A stretch of 62,314 bases of DNA from Chloroflexota bacterium (GTDB taxonomy: Bacteria > Chloroflexota > Dehalococcoidia > SM23-28-2 > RBG-16-64-32). A model generated the notes under the pieces. That model made no database searches and was not told where the DNA came from. It saw only the letters and a program-made list of their open reading frames with translations. The stretch lies in NCBI GenBank assembly GCA_036741795.1, contig DAINRO010000003.1, forward strand, positions 1-62,314. Direction: 5' to 3'. Position 1 is the first letter of the stretch; every line of letters begins with the position of its first letter. A program made the position numbers and the translations under genes. This document shows, one piece after another, positions 28,982-39,308 of the stretch.

Positions 28982-30192
28982 GAAAGAAGACAGTCCGCGA
29001 CGTCGATGTAGAGGGCAAAAGGGTCCTTGTGCGCGCGGACTTTAACGTACCGCTGGACAAAGAGACGGGCAGCATCCTCGACGACACACGAATACGCGCA
29101 GTTATCCCGACCATCGAATATCTCAGGCAACACCAGGCGCTTACGGTCATCGCCTCACACCTGGGACGGCCAAATGGCACGGATCCATCACTCAGCCTGG
29201 CACCTGTAGCCGCGCGGCTCGGCGAGCTCATCGAAGCACCGGTACGATTCGTGGCCGAGTGTGTCGGTCCGGAGGTGAGAGAGGCACTATCTGGTTTGGA
29301 GCCGGGCGGAGTCCTGGTTCTAGAGAACCTGCGCTTCCATCCAGAAGAAGAAGCGAACGACCCAGGGTTCGCGCGGGCTCTCGCCGATATCGCCGAGGTA
29401 TACGTGAACGACGCGTTTGGCACGGCCCACCGAGCCCACGCCTCCACTGAAGGAGTAGCACACCTGCTTCCCGCTGTAGCCGGGTTCCTCATGGAGAAAG
29501 AGATCGATTACCTCGGCCATGCCGTGGCCGATCCTGAGCATCCATACGCCGCCATCATAGGAGGCGCCAAGGTGAGCACAAAGATCACCGTCATCGAGAA
29601 CCTCCTGGGCAAGATCGACAAGCTTCTCATTGGCGGTGGGATGGCGAACACCTTTCTCAAGGCTGAAGGGTTCAACATCGGCGAATCTCTCGTGGAGGAC
29701 GACTTCCTGGACGAAGCCAGCCGTATAGAAGTTCTGGCTGCCGAGAAGGACGTAAAGCTCCTTCTCCCCGCTGACGTTATTGTCGCTGAGCGATTCGACG
29801 CTTCATCGCCGGCGCGCCGGGTCTCCGTGAAGGACATCCCGCCAGGGTGGCGGATCATGGACATCGGCGAGACGACTGTCGACGTCTATGCCCATGCTCT
29901 GCAACCCTGCAAGACCGTTGTCTGGAACGGCCCAATGGGAGTGGCAGAGATGGCGCCTTTCGCCCACGGATCGCACCGGATCGCTGGCGTCCTCGCGAAC
30001 CTCGATGCGACTACCATCATTGGTGGCGGCGAAACTGCGGCAGTCGTCGAAGGACTCGGTATCGCCGGCAAGTTCTCCCACGTCAGCACCGGCGGCGGTG
30101 CTTCCCTTGAGTTTCTTGAGGGCAAGGAACTGCCGGGCGTGGCTGCACTCATGGATGCCGACCAGATTCTACAATCGCCGAACTCTGGCTGA
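28978..30192 (+). CDS. pgk: phosphoglycerate kinase
   Basis: 404 aa. KRVLVRADFNVPLD N-terminus and GGGD/GGGAS motifs. The TTG start overlaps the tsaC stop by 4 nt (TTGA). Confidence 0.95.
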   Translation: MRKKTVRDVDVEGKRVLVRADFNVPLDKETGSILDDTRIRAVIPTIEYLRQHQALTVIASHLGRPNGTDPSLSLAPVAARLGELIEAPVRFVAECVGPEVREALSGLEPGGVLVLENLRFHPEEEANDPGFARALADIAEVYVNDAFGTAHRAHASTEGVAHLLPAVAGFLMEKEIDYLGHAVADPEHPYAAIIGGAKVSTKITVIENLLGKIDKLLIGGGMANTFLKAEGFNIGESLVEDDFLDEASRIEVLAAEKDVKLLLPADVIVAERFDASSPARRVSVKDIPPGWRIMDIGETTVDVYAHALQPCKTVVWNGPMGVAEMAPFAHGSHRIAGVLANLDATTIIGGGETAAVVEGLGIAGKFSHVSTGGGASLEFLEGKELPGVAALMDADQILQSPNSG

Positions 30193-31425
30193 TCCTAGTC
30201 CGAGTGCCGTCGCCAGCACCAGTGCCGTCAACGCAAACGCGAACACCGCCGTCTCCACGCCGTATCGGGACGCCGTCAGCCCCATCGCCAAACTGCCGAA
30301 CGGAGTGAATCCGGCCGCCATCGTGTAGAGGGAGAGGACCCGTCCGCGGAATGCGTCCTCCACCTTCATTTGGATCAACGTCTGGTTGAGCGTCACCATC
30401 ATCGACCAACCGACTCCGGCTACAACAAGGATCAAGAACGAGATGATGAAAATATCCGATAAAGAAAAGAAAACGACCATCGCCATGTACAAGCAGGCCG
30501 CCAGCGACATCACCAACCCCTTCCGAGGGTAGCCAGACATTGAGGCCACGGCCAAACCACCCGGTATCGAACCGAAACCCGCAGCGGTAAGCAAGACGCC
30601 ATAACCGGCCGACCCTGCTCCCAGGACGTCACGAGCGAATAGCGGCATGAGTCCGATGTATGGATAGATCAGCAAGTTCGGGATGGCATTCAGCAGGACC
30701 AACCGCGCAATCACCGGTTCTCCGCGCACATAAGAGAAGCCCTCCTTCAGGCTCTGCCAGAGCGGAGTCCGGATCGGATCGGCGTGAGTGACGGGGTGCA
30801 ACTGCAAAGTGGCTATCGTCGCGAGCACGAAGAATACGGCCTGCGCATAGTACGAGGCGGCGATGCCAACCGACGCAATGATCGCCCCGCCAACCGCGGG
30901 CGCCACGATGCGAGCAACGTTGGCGACAACCGCGTTCAGGGCAATGGCATTCGCGATGTTCTCGCCCCCGGCCACGTCATAGACGAGCACCTGGCGGGTC
31001 GGAACGTTAATCGCACCTGTTATCCCGCTGATTGCCACCAGCGGGTAGAGTTGCCACATCGCGATGTTGCCGGTCCCGATGAGTACGGCGATGAGCACAG
31101 CGTCAACCGCGGGGACGACCTGAGTGAGGGCCGCAAGCCGCCGCCGGTCCAGGCGGTCCGCCAAAACGCCGGCCACCGGCGACATAAGAAGCTGGGAGAT
31201 TCCCCGGATGAACCCGAGCAAGCCAAGCTGGAATGCTGAGCCCGTTAGTTCCAGAACCAGCCAGCCGCGCGCCACCTCCTCCATCCAGCTGGCCACCTGC
31301 GAGAGGGCTGTGCCGCCGACAAGATAGCGAAATTGAGGCAGGCGCAGGGACGCGAACGTGTTGCGGCTCCGCAAAGCTCTTTCGGGCGTCTCTGGATCGG
31401 GTTCGGCTCCTTCGGATGTGGCCAT
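30169..31425 (-). CDS. MFS transporter
   Basis: 418 aa, about 12 hydrophobic segments, MFS motif A (GVLADRLDRRRL). Confidence 0.8.
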   Translation of the reverse strand: MATSEGAEPDPETPERALRSRNTFASLRLPQFRYLVGGTALSQVASWMEEVARGWLVLELTGSAFQLGLLGFIRGISQLLMSPVAGVLADRLDRRRLAALTQVVPAVDAVLIAVLIGTGNIAMWQLYPLVAISGITGAINVPTRQVLVYDVAGGENIANAIALNAVVANVARIVAPAVGGAIIASVGIAASYYAQAVFFVLATIATLQLHPVTHADPIRTPLWQSLKEGFSYVRGEPVIARLVLLNAIPNLLIYPYIGLMPLFARDVLGAGSAGYGVLLTAAGFGSIPGGLAVASMSGYPRKGLVMSLAACLYMAMVVFFSLSDIFIISFLILVVAGVGWSMMVTLNQTLIQMKVEDAFRGRVLSLYTMAAGFTPFGSLAMGLTASRYGVETAVFAFALTALVLATALGLGSARVRRL

Positions 31426-31478
31426 CGGGTACTTAGAGCGTACCCAGGGAGGGGCTTACGGTCCGGCTGTCACCGAAG

Positions 31479-31862
31479 CTAGTGGCTCGTGGCCAAAGGA
31501 GGCTCGATGCCTCCCGGTTCGCTCTGTTTCCCCAGGCAGATGAAGCACACGAACTCCATAGCCAGGTACTGATCGTTCACCCAGACCTCGCCACAGTCCG
31601 CGCCGTTGCCACCCTCTTGCTGCCGCAGGTGGAAAGGACGGTGGCAGTTGTGGCAGAGGGCATGGCCGCGGTCAGCAATCGGTTCGCCACAGACCCAGCA
31701 GTCCTGCCCCGACCCATCAGGTGACAACGGGAACATTCCGTTCGCTGACCTCTCGCTTAACGATTGCCAATTCATCATCTCGGCTCGCGGCCCTCCCGTC
31801 GATGCGTGCATCCCGCAATCGTGACAGGACCATACCCACCTCCGGTCCCTGCTTAACACCAA
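31479..31862 (-). CDS. small Cys/His-rich (cross-brace zinc-finger-like) protein, start uncertain
   Basis: Pattern CWVC-x11-CHNC-x4-H-x12-C-x16-CFIC. The ORF-track start overlaps the cca 3' end by 146 nt. Internal Met codons at 31778, 31775 and 31736 would shorten the overlap. Confidence 0.35.
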   Translation of the reverse strand: MVLSRDRRWVWSCHDCGMHASTGGPRAEMMNWQSLSERSANGMFPLSPDGSGQDCWVCGEPIADRGHALCHNCHRPFHLRQQEGGNGADCGEVWVNDQYLAMEFVCFICLGKQSEPGGIEPPLATSH

Positions 31863-32979
31863 TGGCGATCAGGTCATCCCCGGTCAGCGACGGTCGGACA
31901 TACCGGGTGTGGTCCAGGAACTCGTTGGCCCGTTCTCGCGCCGGCGGCTCATTGGCGGCGCACGCAAGGGCCGCAACGGAGGGGACGGGCAACGCCCGCA
32001 GCCGCGCGGCCACTTCGCTGGGCAGGGACCGGCCGTCGATCTCTCTTGCGGCCGCCCGCGCCACGGGCAGCGACCGCAGCACGTCACGAAGTCGGCCGGA
32101 CGGGGCGAGGCGGGCGCATAGCGAGTCGACTTGTTCCTCGGGCGTCGTCCACGACACTATTGCCCATCGGGACAGCATGGAATCGTAGGGGCTCCCGCGA
32201 AGGCGTCGTAGCGCCGCAGCCTGGTCCACCCCGAAGCGCAATGCAGGGTGGATGGCCGGAAGAATGCCCAGGCCGTCCATCCTGAGCAACATCGCTTCTC
32301 GCCTGTCTTCGCGCATCGTACGTTCAATCTCCTGCCGAATGCGCGTCCCGCTCACGCTGTCCAGAGTGTGCAAGTCTCGCCCGATCAGCGCTTCGGTCTC
32401 GGTATGGATGGCGAAGCCAAGTCGCTGCTCGTAGCGCACTGCGCGGATCATCCGGGTCGGGTCATCCCGGAGACTGCCGTCGTGGAGGACTCTGATCACG
32501 CCATCGCGCAGGCTTGTCCTGCCGCCCGCCGGGTCGAGCACCTGGCCGGCCGCCGCCCCGCCTAGTCGGACGGCCACCGCGTTGATGGTGAAGTCGCGGC
32601 GCAATAGGTCATCCTCTATCGCACCGCTGTCGGTGTCGGGAAGAGCGCCCCCCCGGGCGTAGGTCTCTCTTCGTGTTGTCGCAACGTCGACGCTGGCCTG
32701 CCCTAGCTTGAGGGTCGCGGTGCCGAAACGCGTCGCCTTCACAACCCGTGCGCCACAAAGCTCCGCGACGCCATGCGCGAGGGCGATGGCATCGCCCTCG
32801 ACCGCTATGTCCAGGTCCAGCGCCTCCACTTCGAGCAGGAGGTCCCTCGCGGTACCACCGACGGCATAAATCTCGATGGCCTGCTGCTCGGCCTGGGCCA
32901 CCACGGCTCGGAGGACAGTGGCCTCATCAAGGGACAGCTTTCTGTGGAGTTTCTCGATCAAGTTAAGGCTTCGGGCCAT
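31717..32979 (-). CDS. cca: CCA-adding tRNA nucleotidyltransferase / poly(A) polymerase family
   Basis: 420 aa. Head-domain motifs VGGTARDLLL and DLDIAV, plus RRDFTINA. Confidence 0.8.
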   Translation of the reverse strand: MARSLNLIEKLHRKLSLDEATVLRAVVAQAEQQAIEIYAVGGTARDLLLEVEALDLDIAVEGDAIALAHGVAELCGARVVKATRFGTATLKLGQASVDVATTRRETYARGGALPDTDSGAIEDDLLRRDFTINAVAVRLGGAAAGQVLDPAGGRTSLRDGVIRVLHDGSLRDDPTRMIRAVRYEQRLGFAIHTETEALIGRDLHTLDSVSGTRIRQEIERTMREDRREAMLLRMDGLGILPAIHPALRFGVDQAAALRRLRGSPYDSMLSRWAIVSWTTPEEQVDSLCARLAPSGRLRDVLRSLPVARAAAREIDGRSLPSEVAARLRALPVPSVAALACAANEPPARERANEFLDHTRYVRPSLTGDDLIAIGVKQGPEVGMVLSRLRDARIDGRAASRDDELAIVKREVSERNVPVVT

Positions 32980-33006
32980 ATCGTGACCTTATTGTAGAGT
33001 CTTTCC

Positions 33007-33036
33007 TTGACACCTCTTTTCGCCCACGCCTAAGAT
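33007..33036 (+). promoter_or_regulatory. putative rnc-smc-ftsY promoter (-35 TTGACA, 18-nt spacer, -10 TAAGAT)
   Basis: TTGACA at 33007-33012 and TAAGAT at 33031-33036, about 100 nt upstream of the rnc ATG. Confidence 0.4.
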
Positions 33037-33068
33037 TTCATGGTAAACCTTCGCGTAAGTGCGAAATT

Positions 33069-33097
33069 GAGCCGCTTTCCGGGCGGCTCTTCTCTTC
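33069..33097 (+). promoter_or_regulatory. leader hairpin with T-rich tail in the rnc 5' UTR
   Basis: GAGCCGC (33069-33075) / GCGGCTC (33083-33089) with a 7-nt loop, followed by TTCTCTTC. Located between the putative promoter and the rnc start. Confidence 0.4.
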
Positions 33098-33138
33098 AAA
33101 GGTATCTGATTCGCGCTATGGTTAGGCACTTAGAAACG

Positions 33139-33840
33139 ATGCAGGAGTCACGGTTAGTCACCGATCTAGAAGCTCACCTCGGCATCGCCTTCACAGACCG
33201 CACCCTGCTCCAGCAGGCCATGTACCACCGCTCCTTCCTCAATGAGGCCGAAGAGGATGTCGAGTCGAACGAGCGCATGGAGTTCCTCGGCGACGCCGTC
33301 CTCGGACTCGTCGTCTCCGAGCGGCTCTTTCGCGATTACCCGCTGATGACGGAGGGTCAGCTCAGCCAGGTGCGCGCCATCCTCGTGCGCTGGGACGCCC
33401 TCGCCCGCGCGGCCGAGCGCATCGAACTCGGAGAATACCTCGTGCTTGGCAAAGGTGAGGAGATCTCCGGAGGACGGAAGCGGCCGTCCAACCTGGCTGG
33501 CGCATTCGAAGCCGTGATCGGGGCTGCGTACATTGACCAGGGATTCGGCTTCGCGCAAGAGCTTGTGCTCAACCTCCTCAAGCCCGACTTCGACGAAATA
33601 GCGGCACAAGGATTTTCGGCCGACAGCAAGTCAGAACTGCAGCACGTCGCCCAGGTGCGCTGGCACCAGATCCCCTCATACAGCCTCATCTCGGCTGAAG
33701 GCCCTGACCACGCGAAGCTTTTCACCGTCGAAGTGTCGGTCGGAGATGAGGTACTTGGACAAGGACAGGGGCGGAACAAGAAACAGGCGGAGTTAAACGC
33801 CGCGCGGCAGGCCCTCGAAACCCTATCGGCGACCGGGTAG
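33139..33840 (+). CDS. rnc: ribonuclease III
   Basis: RNase III signature ERMEFLGDAVL and a C-terminal dsRBD (GPDHAKLFTVEV...GQGQGRNKKQAELNAA). Start reset to ATG 33139 (MQESRL...); the ORF track starts at 33040. Confidence 0.9.
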   Translation: MQESRLVTDLEAHLGIAFTDRTLLQQAMYHRSFLNEAEEDVESNERMEFLGDAVLGLVVSERLFRDYPLMTEGQLSQVRAILVRWDALARAAERIELGEYLVLGKGEEISGGRKRPSNLAGAFEAVIGAAYIDQGFGFAQELVLNLLKPDFDEIAAQGFSADSKSELQHVAQVRWHQIPSYSLISAEGPDHAKLFTVEVSVGDEVLGQGQGRNKKQAELNAARQALETLSATG

Positions 33841-33845
33841 GTCGC

Positions 33846-36800
33846 GTGTATCTCAAAAGACTCGAACTCCAGGGATTCAAATCCTTCGCAGCCCATACAA
33901 CCTTTGATTTCGGGCAAGGACTTACGGCGATTGTCGGCCCCAACGGTTCGGGTAAATCCAACATCGCCGACGCCCTTCGCTGGGTCCTCGGCGAGCAGTC
34001 CACCAAGCTCATCCGCGCCAAGAAGCTGGACGACGTGATCTACGCCGGCTCCGAGAAGCGGGCCCGAGCCGACCGCGTCGAGGTCACGATGGTCCTCGAT
34101 AACAGCACGGGCTGGCTCCCCGTGGCCTCGCCCGAAGTGTCCATTACGCGTAGGGGTACCCGAAAGGGAGACAGTGACTACTTCCTGAACGGCCAGAAGG
34201 CCAAGCTCCGGGAGATACAAATTGTCCTCGCGACCGCTGAGGTCAGCCAGAACTCGTACGCCATAATCGGCCAGGGACTCGTCGAATCCATCCTCAACCT
34301 CAGGGCAGAGGAGCGGCGCGAACTCGTCGAAGAAGCAGCGGACATTCAGCGCTACCGGTTGAAGATCGAGGAGGCGGAGCACCGCCTTAAGCAGACCAAG
34401 GAGAACGTCGAGCGGGTCAAGCTCCTGATCAAGGAAATCGCGCCCCGGATGGCCGCCCTTGAACGCCAGGCCACACGGGCAGGTGAGCATGCCCGGCTGA
34501 CCCACATGCTCGAACAGTCCCTGCGCGAGTACTACGAACATCGCTGGAGCCAGGCCCAGGAAGCGGTGACAGTCGCCCGCGCCGCCCACGACCAGGCGCA
34601 GGCGGATTTCATTCAAGCCCGCGTCAATCTAGAAACCATCCAACGAGAGGTCGGTGAGGTAACGTCACGACTCGAGGAAATCCGGCGCCTCTCCGCTGCC
34701 TCCCAGGCGGACCGCAACCGCCTTGAAGAGCGCGTCCGTGACGCCGAGCGCCGGCTTGCCGTTGCAAAGGAGCGCGGGGCAATCCTCTCGACTCGCCTGG
34801 AAGAGCTTCGGGAAGAAGTAGCCTCGTCCGAGGTCGACTTCCAGCGTGCCGAATCGCTGTTGACGGACGGTGATGAGGAACGTGACCGCCTTCAGAAGGC
34901 CGTTGACGCAGCGCGGACCGCTGCCCAGGAGAAGCAGGCAGAGGTCACGAAGCTCGAGCAAGAGTTCCGCCAGGCCAACCTCCATGCCGACGATGCCGAA
35001 GCCCGTTCAAAGAGGCTGCTTGCGGTGGCCGCTGATATGAAGGCGCGTATCAAACGGCTGACCGATGCTGGCAGCCAACTGGACCGTGAGATCGACCGTC
35101 TGAACAACCGGCGCCGCTCCATCGTGAACCAGATGGCCGACCACGTGCGAGTTCTGAGGAGCTTGCGTTCCCAGGGCGAAGGCATGCTCACGGACGTTTC
35201 TCAGACCGGGCAGCGCCGTGAGAAGCTCGGCGTCGAAATCCAGAAGTTGCGCGAGTCTCTCGCCGCCGTCGAGGGCGAGCAGAATGCGAGGCGGGGAAAA
35301 CTCGAGGGGCTGGAAGCGCGCCTAAACGTCCTCAAGGAGGCCCAGGCGCAAACTGGCCCCGACGAGGACGGAGCGATCACTATCGAAGGGGCCGTGGGAA
35401 CAGCTTACGAACTCGTGCGAGTCCCTCGCGGCCTTGAGGAGGCGATTTCCGCAGCTCTCGCCGATCAGCTTGAGGGCTTCGTCTTCGAACGCCAGAACGA
35501 TGCGATCGCGGCAATCGAATCGCTGGTCAATCAGAACGGCCCGCGCGCCGTGGCAATTCCGATTGACGCGATGAAGTCGGTTTACCCCCTGAATCTAATG
35601 AAGGAAAAGGGCGTGGTTGGCGTGGCTTCTCAACTCGTGAAGTACAACGTCAAGTACGAGCGACTCATCAACTCCCTCCTCGGTCGCGTAATCGTAGTCC
35701 AGGACACGGCCACGGCTGTGCGCCTCATCAAACGCAAGCTCGGCACGATCGTCACCATGGACGGCATCGTGTTCGACCCGGCGGGCACCGTCGCCGGGGG
35801 GAGGGCAACCGGCGGCAAGACCTTCGCCCTCGCCTATGAACGCGACCTCGAGACGATCCCCAGGGAGATGGACAAGGTTTCGAAGGCGATTGACACCGGC
35901 GAGGCTGAGGTCGAGAGGATCAGGAGCGGTCTGCTCGAGGCTGAGACCGCTCTCGCCTCGCTCGGCCGAGAGTCGGATGCCGTCCTCCAGCAGCGGCTTC
36001 AGCTCCAGGACTCCCAGGCCGCCCGGCAGCAAAAGCTCGCCCAGTTGCGCGGTGAGATTCGCGGCATCATGGCCTCGATCGAAAACGCCCGCGAACAGCA
36101 GGCCTCGTATCAGCAACAGTCCCAGAACCTGGAAAGCGAGCGCACTGCCCTGCAGGAGGAGGCGCGCGAAGCTGGCGACACCGCCAAACATTTGGGCAAG
36201 GCCGACAACCTCTTCACCGCCCGCCAAAAGGCCGTTGCCCAGGCCGCCGAAGAAGCCATGAACGCCTTCGGACAGGCGGACGCCGAGCTGCGGTCACTGA
36301 GCATCCAGAAGGAAAACGCCCAGGCTTCGTTCGCCCGCATTAAGGCGCAGTGGGCGGCGCGTTCCGAGCAACTCAAGTCGGTCGAGGCAGAGTTGACGAA
36401 CATCGCCACCTCGCAGGAAGAGGACGAGGTTGAGCGAGAATCGGCTGAGAGCGCACTTAAGGAGCTACTCTCCACGATACAGCCGGACCACGAAGGCACA
36501 CACCACCTGGAGGCCCGCCAGGCTGACCTCAACAAACAGGTCACATCTGCTCAGCGCCGGATGTTTGAAGCCGAGCGCCTTACGCTCGAGACCGAATCAG
36601 AGGTGCGCCGCTGGGAGACAGAGATCGAGAACATGACTCACCGCATGGCCGAGGACGGCATGATCATGGAACCCGACGGTACGGTCCGGCCGGATCGTGC
36701 GGAGGCGGAGAGTTCGGCCGTAGATCTTCCGTACTGGCTGGCCGCAGAAGGCGAGGAAGGCCCGGGCGGCCTGCGACCCATCTCCGGCGGCGCCCTGATC

Positions 36801-37475
36801 GATCCGGACGCCATGGGTAAGGAAATAGACAGTCTTCGACACAAAATCCGGGCCCTCGGTCCAGTGAACGTCGAGGCCACTACCGACTACGAGTCGCTCA
36901 AGGACCGCCACGACTTCCTCGAAGGTCAGGTCGGGGACCTCGCGGCCGCCGAAGCGGCCCTCAAGCGCGCCATCGACGAGCTGACGGGCCTCATGAAGAA
37001 GAAGTTCCTCACGACGTTTGAGCAGGTCGCCAAGAACTTCGAGTCGAACTTCAAGACCTTCTTTGGTGGGGGTCACGCAAAGCTCAAGTTGACTGACCCG
37101 AAGCACCCGTGGGAAACCGGCGTCGAGATTGAGGCCAGGCCGCCCGGAAAGCGCACGCAAAGCCTCTCCCAACTCTCCGGCGGCGAAAAATCCCTCACGT
37201 CCGTTTCATTGCTCTTTGCGCTGCTCCAGGCTAATCCCGCTCCCTTCTGCGTGCTCGACGAGGTCGACGCGATGCTGGACGAGGCCAATGTCGGCCGCTT
37301 CGCCCAGGCAATCAAGGAACAATCGCAGCGCACGCAGTTCGTCGTTATCACCCACAACCGCCGTACGATCGAACAGGCAAACAACATCTACGGCATCTCA
37401 ATGGCAAACGATGCCGCCTCACGCGTACTCTCCATGCGCCTCGCTGATGTCTCGGCTGCTGTGATGGAGAATTAA
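33846..37475 (+). CDS. smc: chromosome segregation protein SMC
   Basis: 1209 aa. MYLKRLELQGFKSF with Walker A GPNGSGKSN, long coiled coils with a hinge, signature LSGGEKSLTS and Walker B LDEVDAMLD. Confidence 0.95.
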   Translation: MYLKRLELQGFKSFAAHTTFDFGQGLTAIVGPNGSGKSNIADALRWVLGEQSTKLIRAKKLDDVIYAGSEKRARADRVEVTMVLDNSTGWLPVASPEVSITRRGTRKGDSDYFLNGQKAKLREIQIVLATAEVSQNSYAIIGQGLVESILNLRAEERRELVEEAADIQRYRLKIEEAEHRLKQTKENVERVKLLIKEIAPRMAALERQATRAGEHARLTHMLEQSLREYYEHRWSQAQEAVTVARAAHDQAQADFIQARVNLETIQREVGEVTSRLEEIRRLSAASQADRNRLEERVRDAERRLAVAKERGAILSTRLEELREEVASSEVDFQRAESLLTDGDEERDRLQKAVDAARTAAQEKQAEVTKLEQEFRQANLHADDAEARSKRLLAVAADMKARIKRLTDAGSQLDREIDRLNNRRRSIVNQMADHVRVLRSLRSQGEGMLTDVSQTGQRREKLGVEIQKLRESLAAVEGEQNARRGKLEGLEARLNVLKEAQAQTGPDEDGAITIEGAVGTAYELVRVPRGLEEAISAALADQLEGFVFERQNDAIAAIESLVNQNGPRAVAIPIDAMKSVYPLNLMKEKGVVGVASQLVKYNVKYERLINSLLGRVIVVQDTATAVRLIKRKLGTIVTMDGIVFDPAGTVAGGRATGGKTFALAYERDLETIPREMDKVSKAIDTGEAEVERIRSGLLEAETALASLGRESDAVLQQRLQLQDSQAARQQKLAQLRGEIRGIMASIENAREQQASYQQQSQNLESERTALQEEAREAGDTAKHLGKADNLFTARQKAVAQAAEEAMNAFGQADAELRSLSIQKENAQASFARIKAQWAARSEQLKSVEAELTNIATSQEEDEVERESAESALKELLSTIQPDHEGTHHLEARQADLNKQVTSAQRRMFEAERLTLETESEVRRWETEIENMTHRMAEDGMIMEPDGTVRPDRAEAESSAVDLPYWLAAEGEEGPGGLRPISGGALIDPDAMGKEIDSLRHKIRALGPVNVEATTDYESLKDRHDFLEGQVGDLAAAEAALKRAIDELTGLMKKKFLTTFEQVAKNFESNFKTFFGGGHAKLKLTDPKHPWETGVEIEARPPGKRTQSLSQLSGGEKSLTSVSLLFALLQANPAPFCVLDEVDAMLDEANVGRFAQAIKEQSQRTQFVVITHNRRTIEQANNIYGISMANDAASRVLSMRLADVSAAVMEN

Positions 37476-37532
37476 CGCTTCCCGGTAATATCGTCCTTGC
37501 TCACGCTGCTCGACGCCCCCTAACATCGACCC

Positions 37533-38603
37533 ATGTCCCGCTTCTTCCGCCGCAAGAAGGACACCGATGTTGCCGACGAGGCTGGACCTCAGGTTGGGTC
37601 CGAGAACGCCGTAGCCGAATCCGCCGAAATCTCGACCGAGCCGGACACCTCCGTCGTCGACGAAACTGACGAGGCAGCCCACACCGTCGAGGAAGCGACC
37701 GAGCGTACCCGCAAGGGATTCTTTGGCCGTATCGGCGGGCTCTTCAAGCGCGGCGGCCTCGACGAAGAACTCTGGGACGAACTGGAAGAGACCCTGGTCC
37801 TCGCTGATACAGGCGTGCCAACGACGATGAAGATCATCGACGACGTCCGCCAGCGCGTCGATAAGGAGAAGATCAGCGACCCAGATGCTGCCCTTGTCGC
37901 TCTCAAAGAGGAGATGGTCCAGGTCCTGGACGTCGGTGAAAGCCGCGGCCAGATCTGGCATTCCGAGGGCGAACGCGAGACTCTCCCAAGACCGGCCGTA
38001 ATCCTCGTCGTCGGCGTAAACGGCACCGGCAAGACGACCAGCATCGGCAAGCTCGCCCACCAGTACAAAGCTCGCGGTCTCAGGGTGGTCCTCGCCGCCG
38101 CCGACACCTTCCGCGCCGCCGCCATCGAGCAGTTAAAGCACTGGGGAGAGGGCGCTGGGGTAGACGTGATCGCTCACCAACAGGGTGCCGACCCGGGAGC
38201 CGTCGTCTTTGACGCCATGGCCGCCGCCGAGAAACGCAACGCGGACATCCTTATCATCGACACGGCGGGCCGCTTGCACACGAAGGCGAACCTCATGGAG
38301 GAGCTGCGGAAGGTCAACCGCATCATTCAGCGGAGCGTGCCGGACGCGCCCCACGAGGTGATGCTCGTCCTCGATGCCGCGACCGGCCAGAACGCCATGC
38401 AGCAAGCGAAGTACTTCACGGAGGCCGTCAGTGTCACGGCCATCCTTCTCAGCAAACTCGACGGCACCGCAAAGGGCGGCGTCGTCTTCTCCGTCTGCGA
38501 CGAACTCGGCGTGCCGGTGCGCTTTGTTGGCACGGGCGAACGCCCGCAGGACCTCGCGCCCTTCGAGCCGAAGCAGTTCGTGGAAGCGCTATTCGCACCC
38601 TGA
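37533..38603 (+). CDS. ftsY: signal recognition particle receptor FtsY
   Basis: 356 aa. Acidic N-terminus and NG domain motifs [15 protein letters not shown] and [10 protein letters not shown]. Confidence 0.95.
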   Translation: MSRFFRRKKDTDVADEAGPQVGSENAVAESAEISTEPDTSVVDETDEAAHTVEEATERTRKGFFGRIGGLFKRGGLDEELWDELEETLVLADTGVPTTMKIIDDVRQRVDKEKISDPDAALVALKEEMVQVLDVGESRGQIWHSEGERETLPRPAVILVVGVNGTGKTTSIGKLAHQYKARGLRVVLAAADTFRAAAIEQLKHWGEGAGVDVIAHQQGADPGAVVFDAMAAAEKRNADILIIDTAGRLHTKANLMEELRKVNRIIQRSVPDAPHEVMLVLDAATGQNAMQQAKYFTEAVSVTAILLSKLDGTAKGGVVFSVCDELGVPVRFVGTGERPQDLAPFEPKQFVEALFAP

Positions 38604-38693
38604 TTCACCGCCCATTAAGCTTCACCCAGCCGACGGCGCCCTGTATGATTAGTGACGCTTCGCACAAACGATTTCTGAAGGAGCCCGTCGCGA

Positions 38694-39308
38694 GTGTTCT
38701 CACAGGCAAGCCATAACTCCCGCACCTCGGTCAGGGGGACCTCGGTCGGCGATGTTGGCGTCGCGAGTCGCACCGCTGAACTGATTTCCGACCTCAAGGC
38801 GGACGCCGCCGAGATGCTCAAGGGCCTCCACCGCATCCAGCATGAATTTGGCTACATCCCGGGGGAGGCAGTCGCTGTCCTCGCGGACCGGTTCAAGACC
38901 TCGCCGGCGATCGTTTTCGGAACAGTCGACTTCTATTCGGAGCTGCGCACGACGCCTCCCGCTGAAAAGGTGGTCGAGTGGTGCAGCGGGCCCGCTTGCC
39001 TCTTCAAGAATTCGTCCGGCATCCGCCGTGCCCTCCAAGCCCAATTGGGGTGTGAGATGAATGCAGCGTCCGCGGATGGGCAGTTCGAGTTGCGCCTGGT
39101 CCAGTGCGATGGCACGTGCAAACTGGCCCCGCAATTGCGCTATCGCGGCGCGTACATGGGCCCCATGACTGCCGCATCAGCCATCGAGTTCGCGCGCTCC
39201 CTCAAACCGGCCCCCGAACCGCCGATCGAGGAACCTGAATCCGACGGCGATGGCGAAGTCTCCACCGAAGCAGCACCGACCACGGGTGAGGAGCCTCAGA
39301 GCGAGTGA
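38694..39308 (+). CDS. nuoE: NuoE/HoxE-like thioredoxin-fold [2Fe-2S] flavoprotein subunit
   Basis: 204 aa. LHRIQHEFGYIP and the four-Cys pattern (WCSGPAC ... VQCDGTC) typical of the 24-kDa subunit. Pro/Glu-rich C-terminal tail. Confidence 0.7.
   Translation: MFSQASHNSRTSVRGTSVGDVGVASRTAELISDLKADAAEMLKGLHRIQHEFGYIPGEAVAVLADRFKTSPAIVFGTVDFYSELRTTPPAEKVVEWCSGPACLFKNSSGIRRALQAQLGCEMNAASADGQFELRLVQCDGTCKLAPQLRYRGAYMGPMTAASAIEFARSLKPAPEPPIEEPESDGDGEVSTEAAPTTGEEPQSE

Noticed and set aside
33357-34616. 419-aa ORF antisense to rnc/smc. Similar long antisense ORFs occur at 26433-27668, 46330-47412, 41268-42266, 40229-41173, 22275-22985, 57333-58094 and 4926-5882.
   Set aside because: All lie opposite genes with unambiguous family motifs. 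Their products are Arg/Gly/Pro/Ala-rich low-information sequences, and long stop-free antisense frames are expected in GC-rich DNA.
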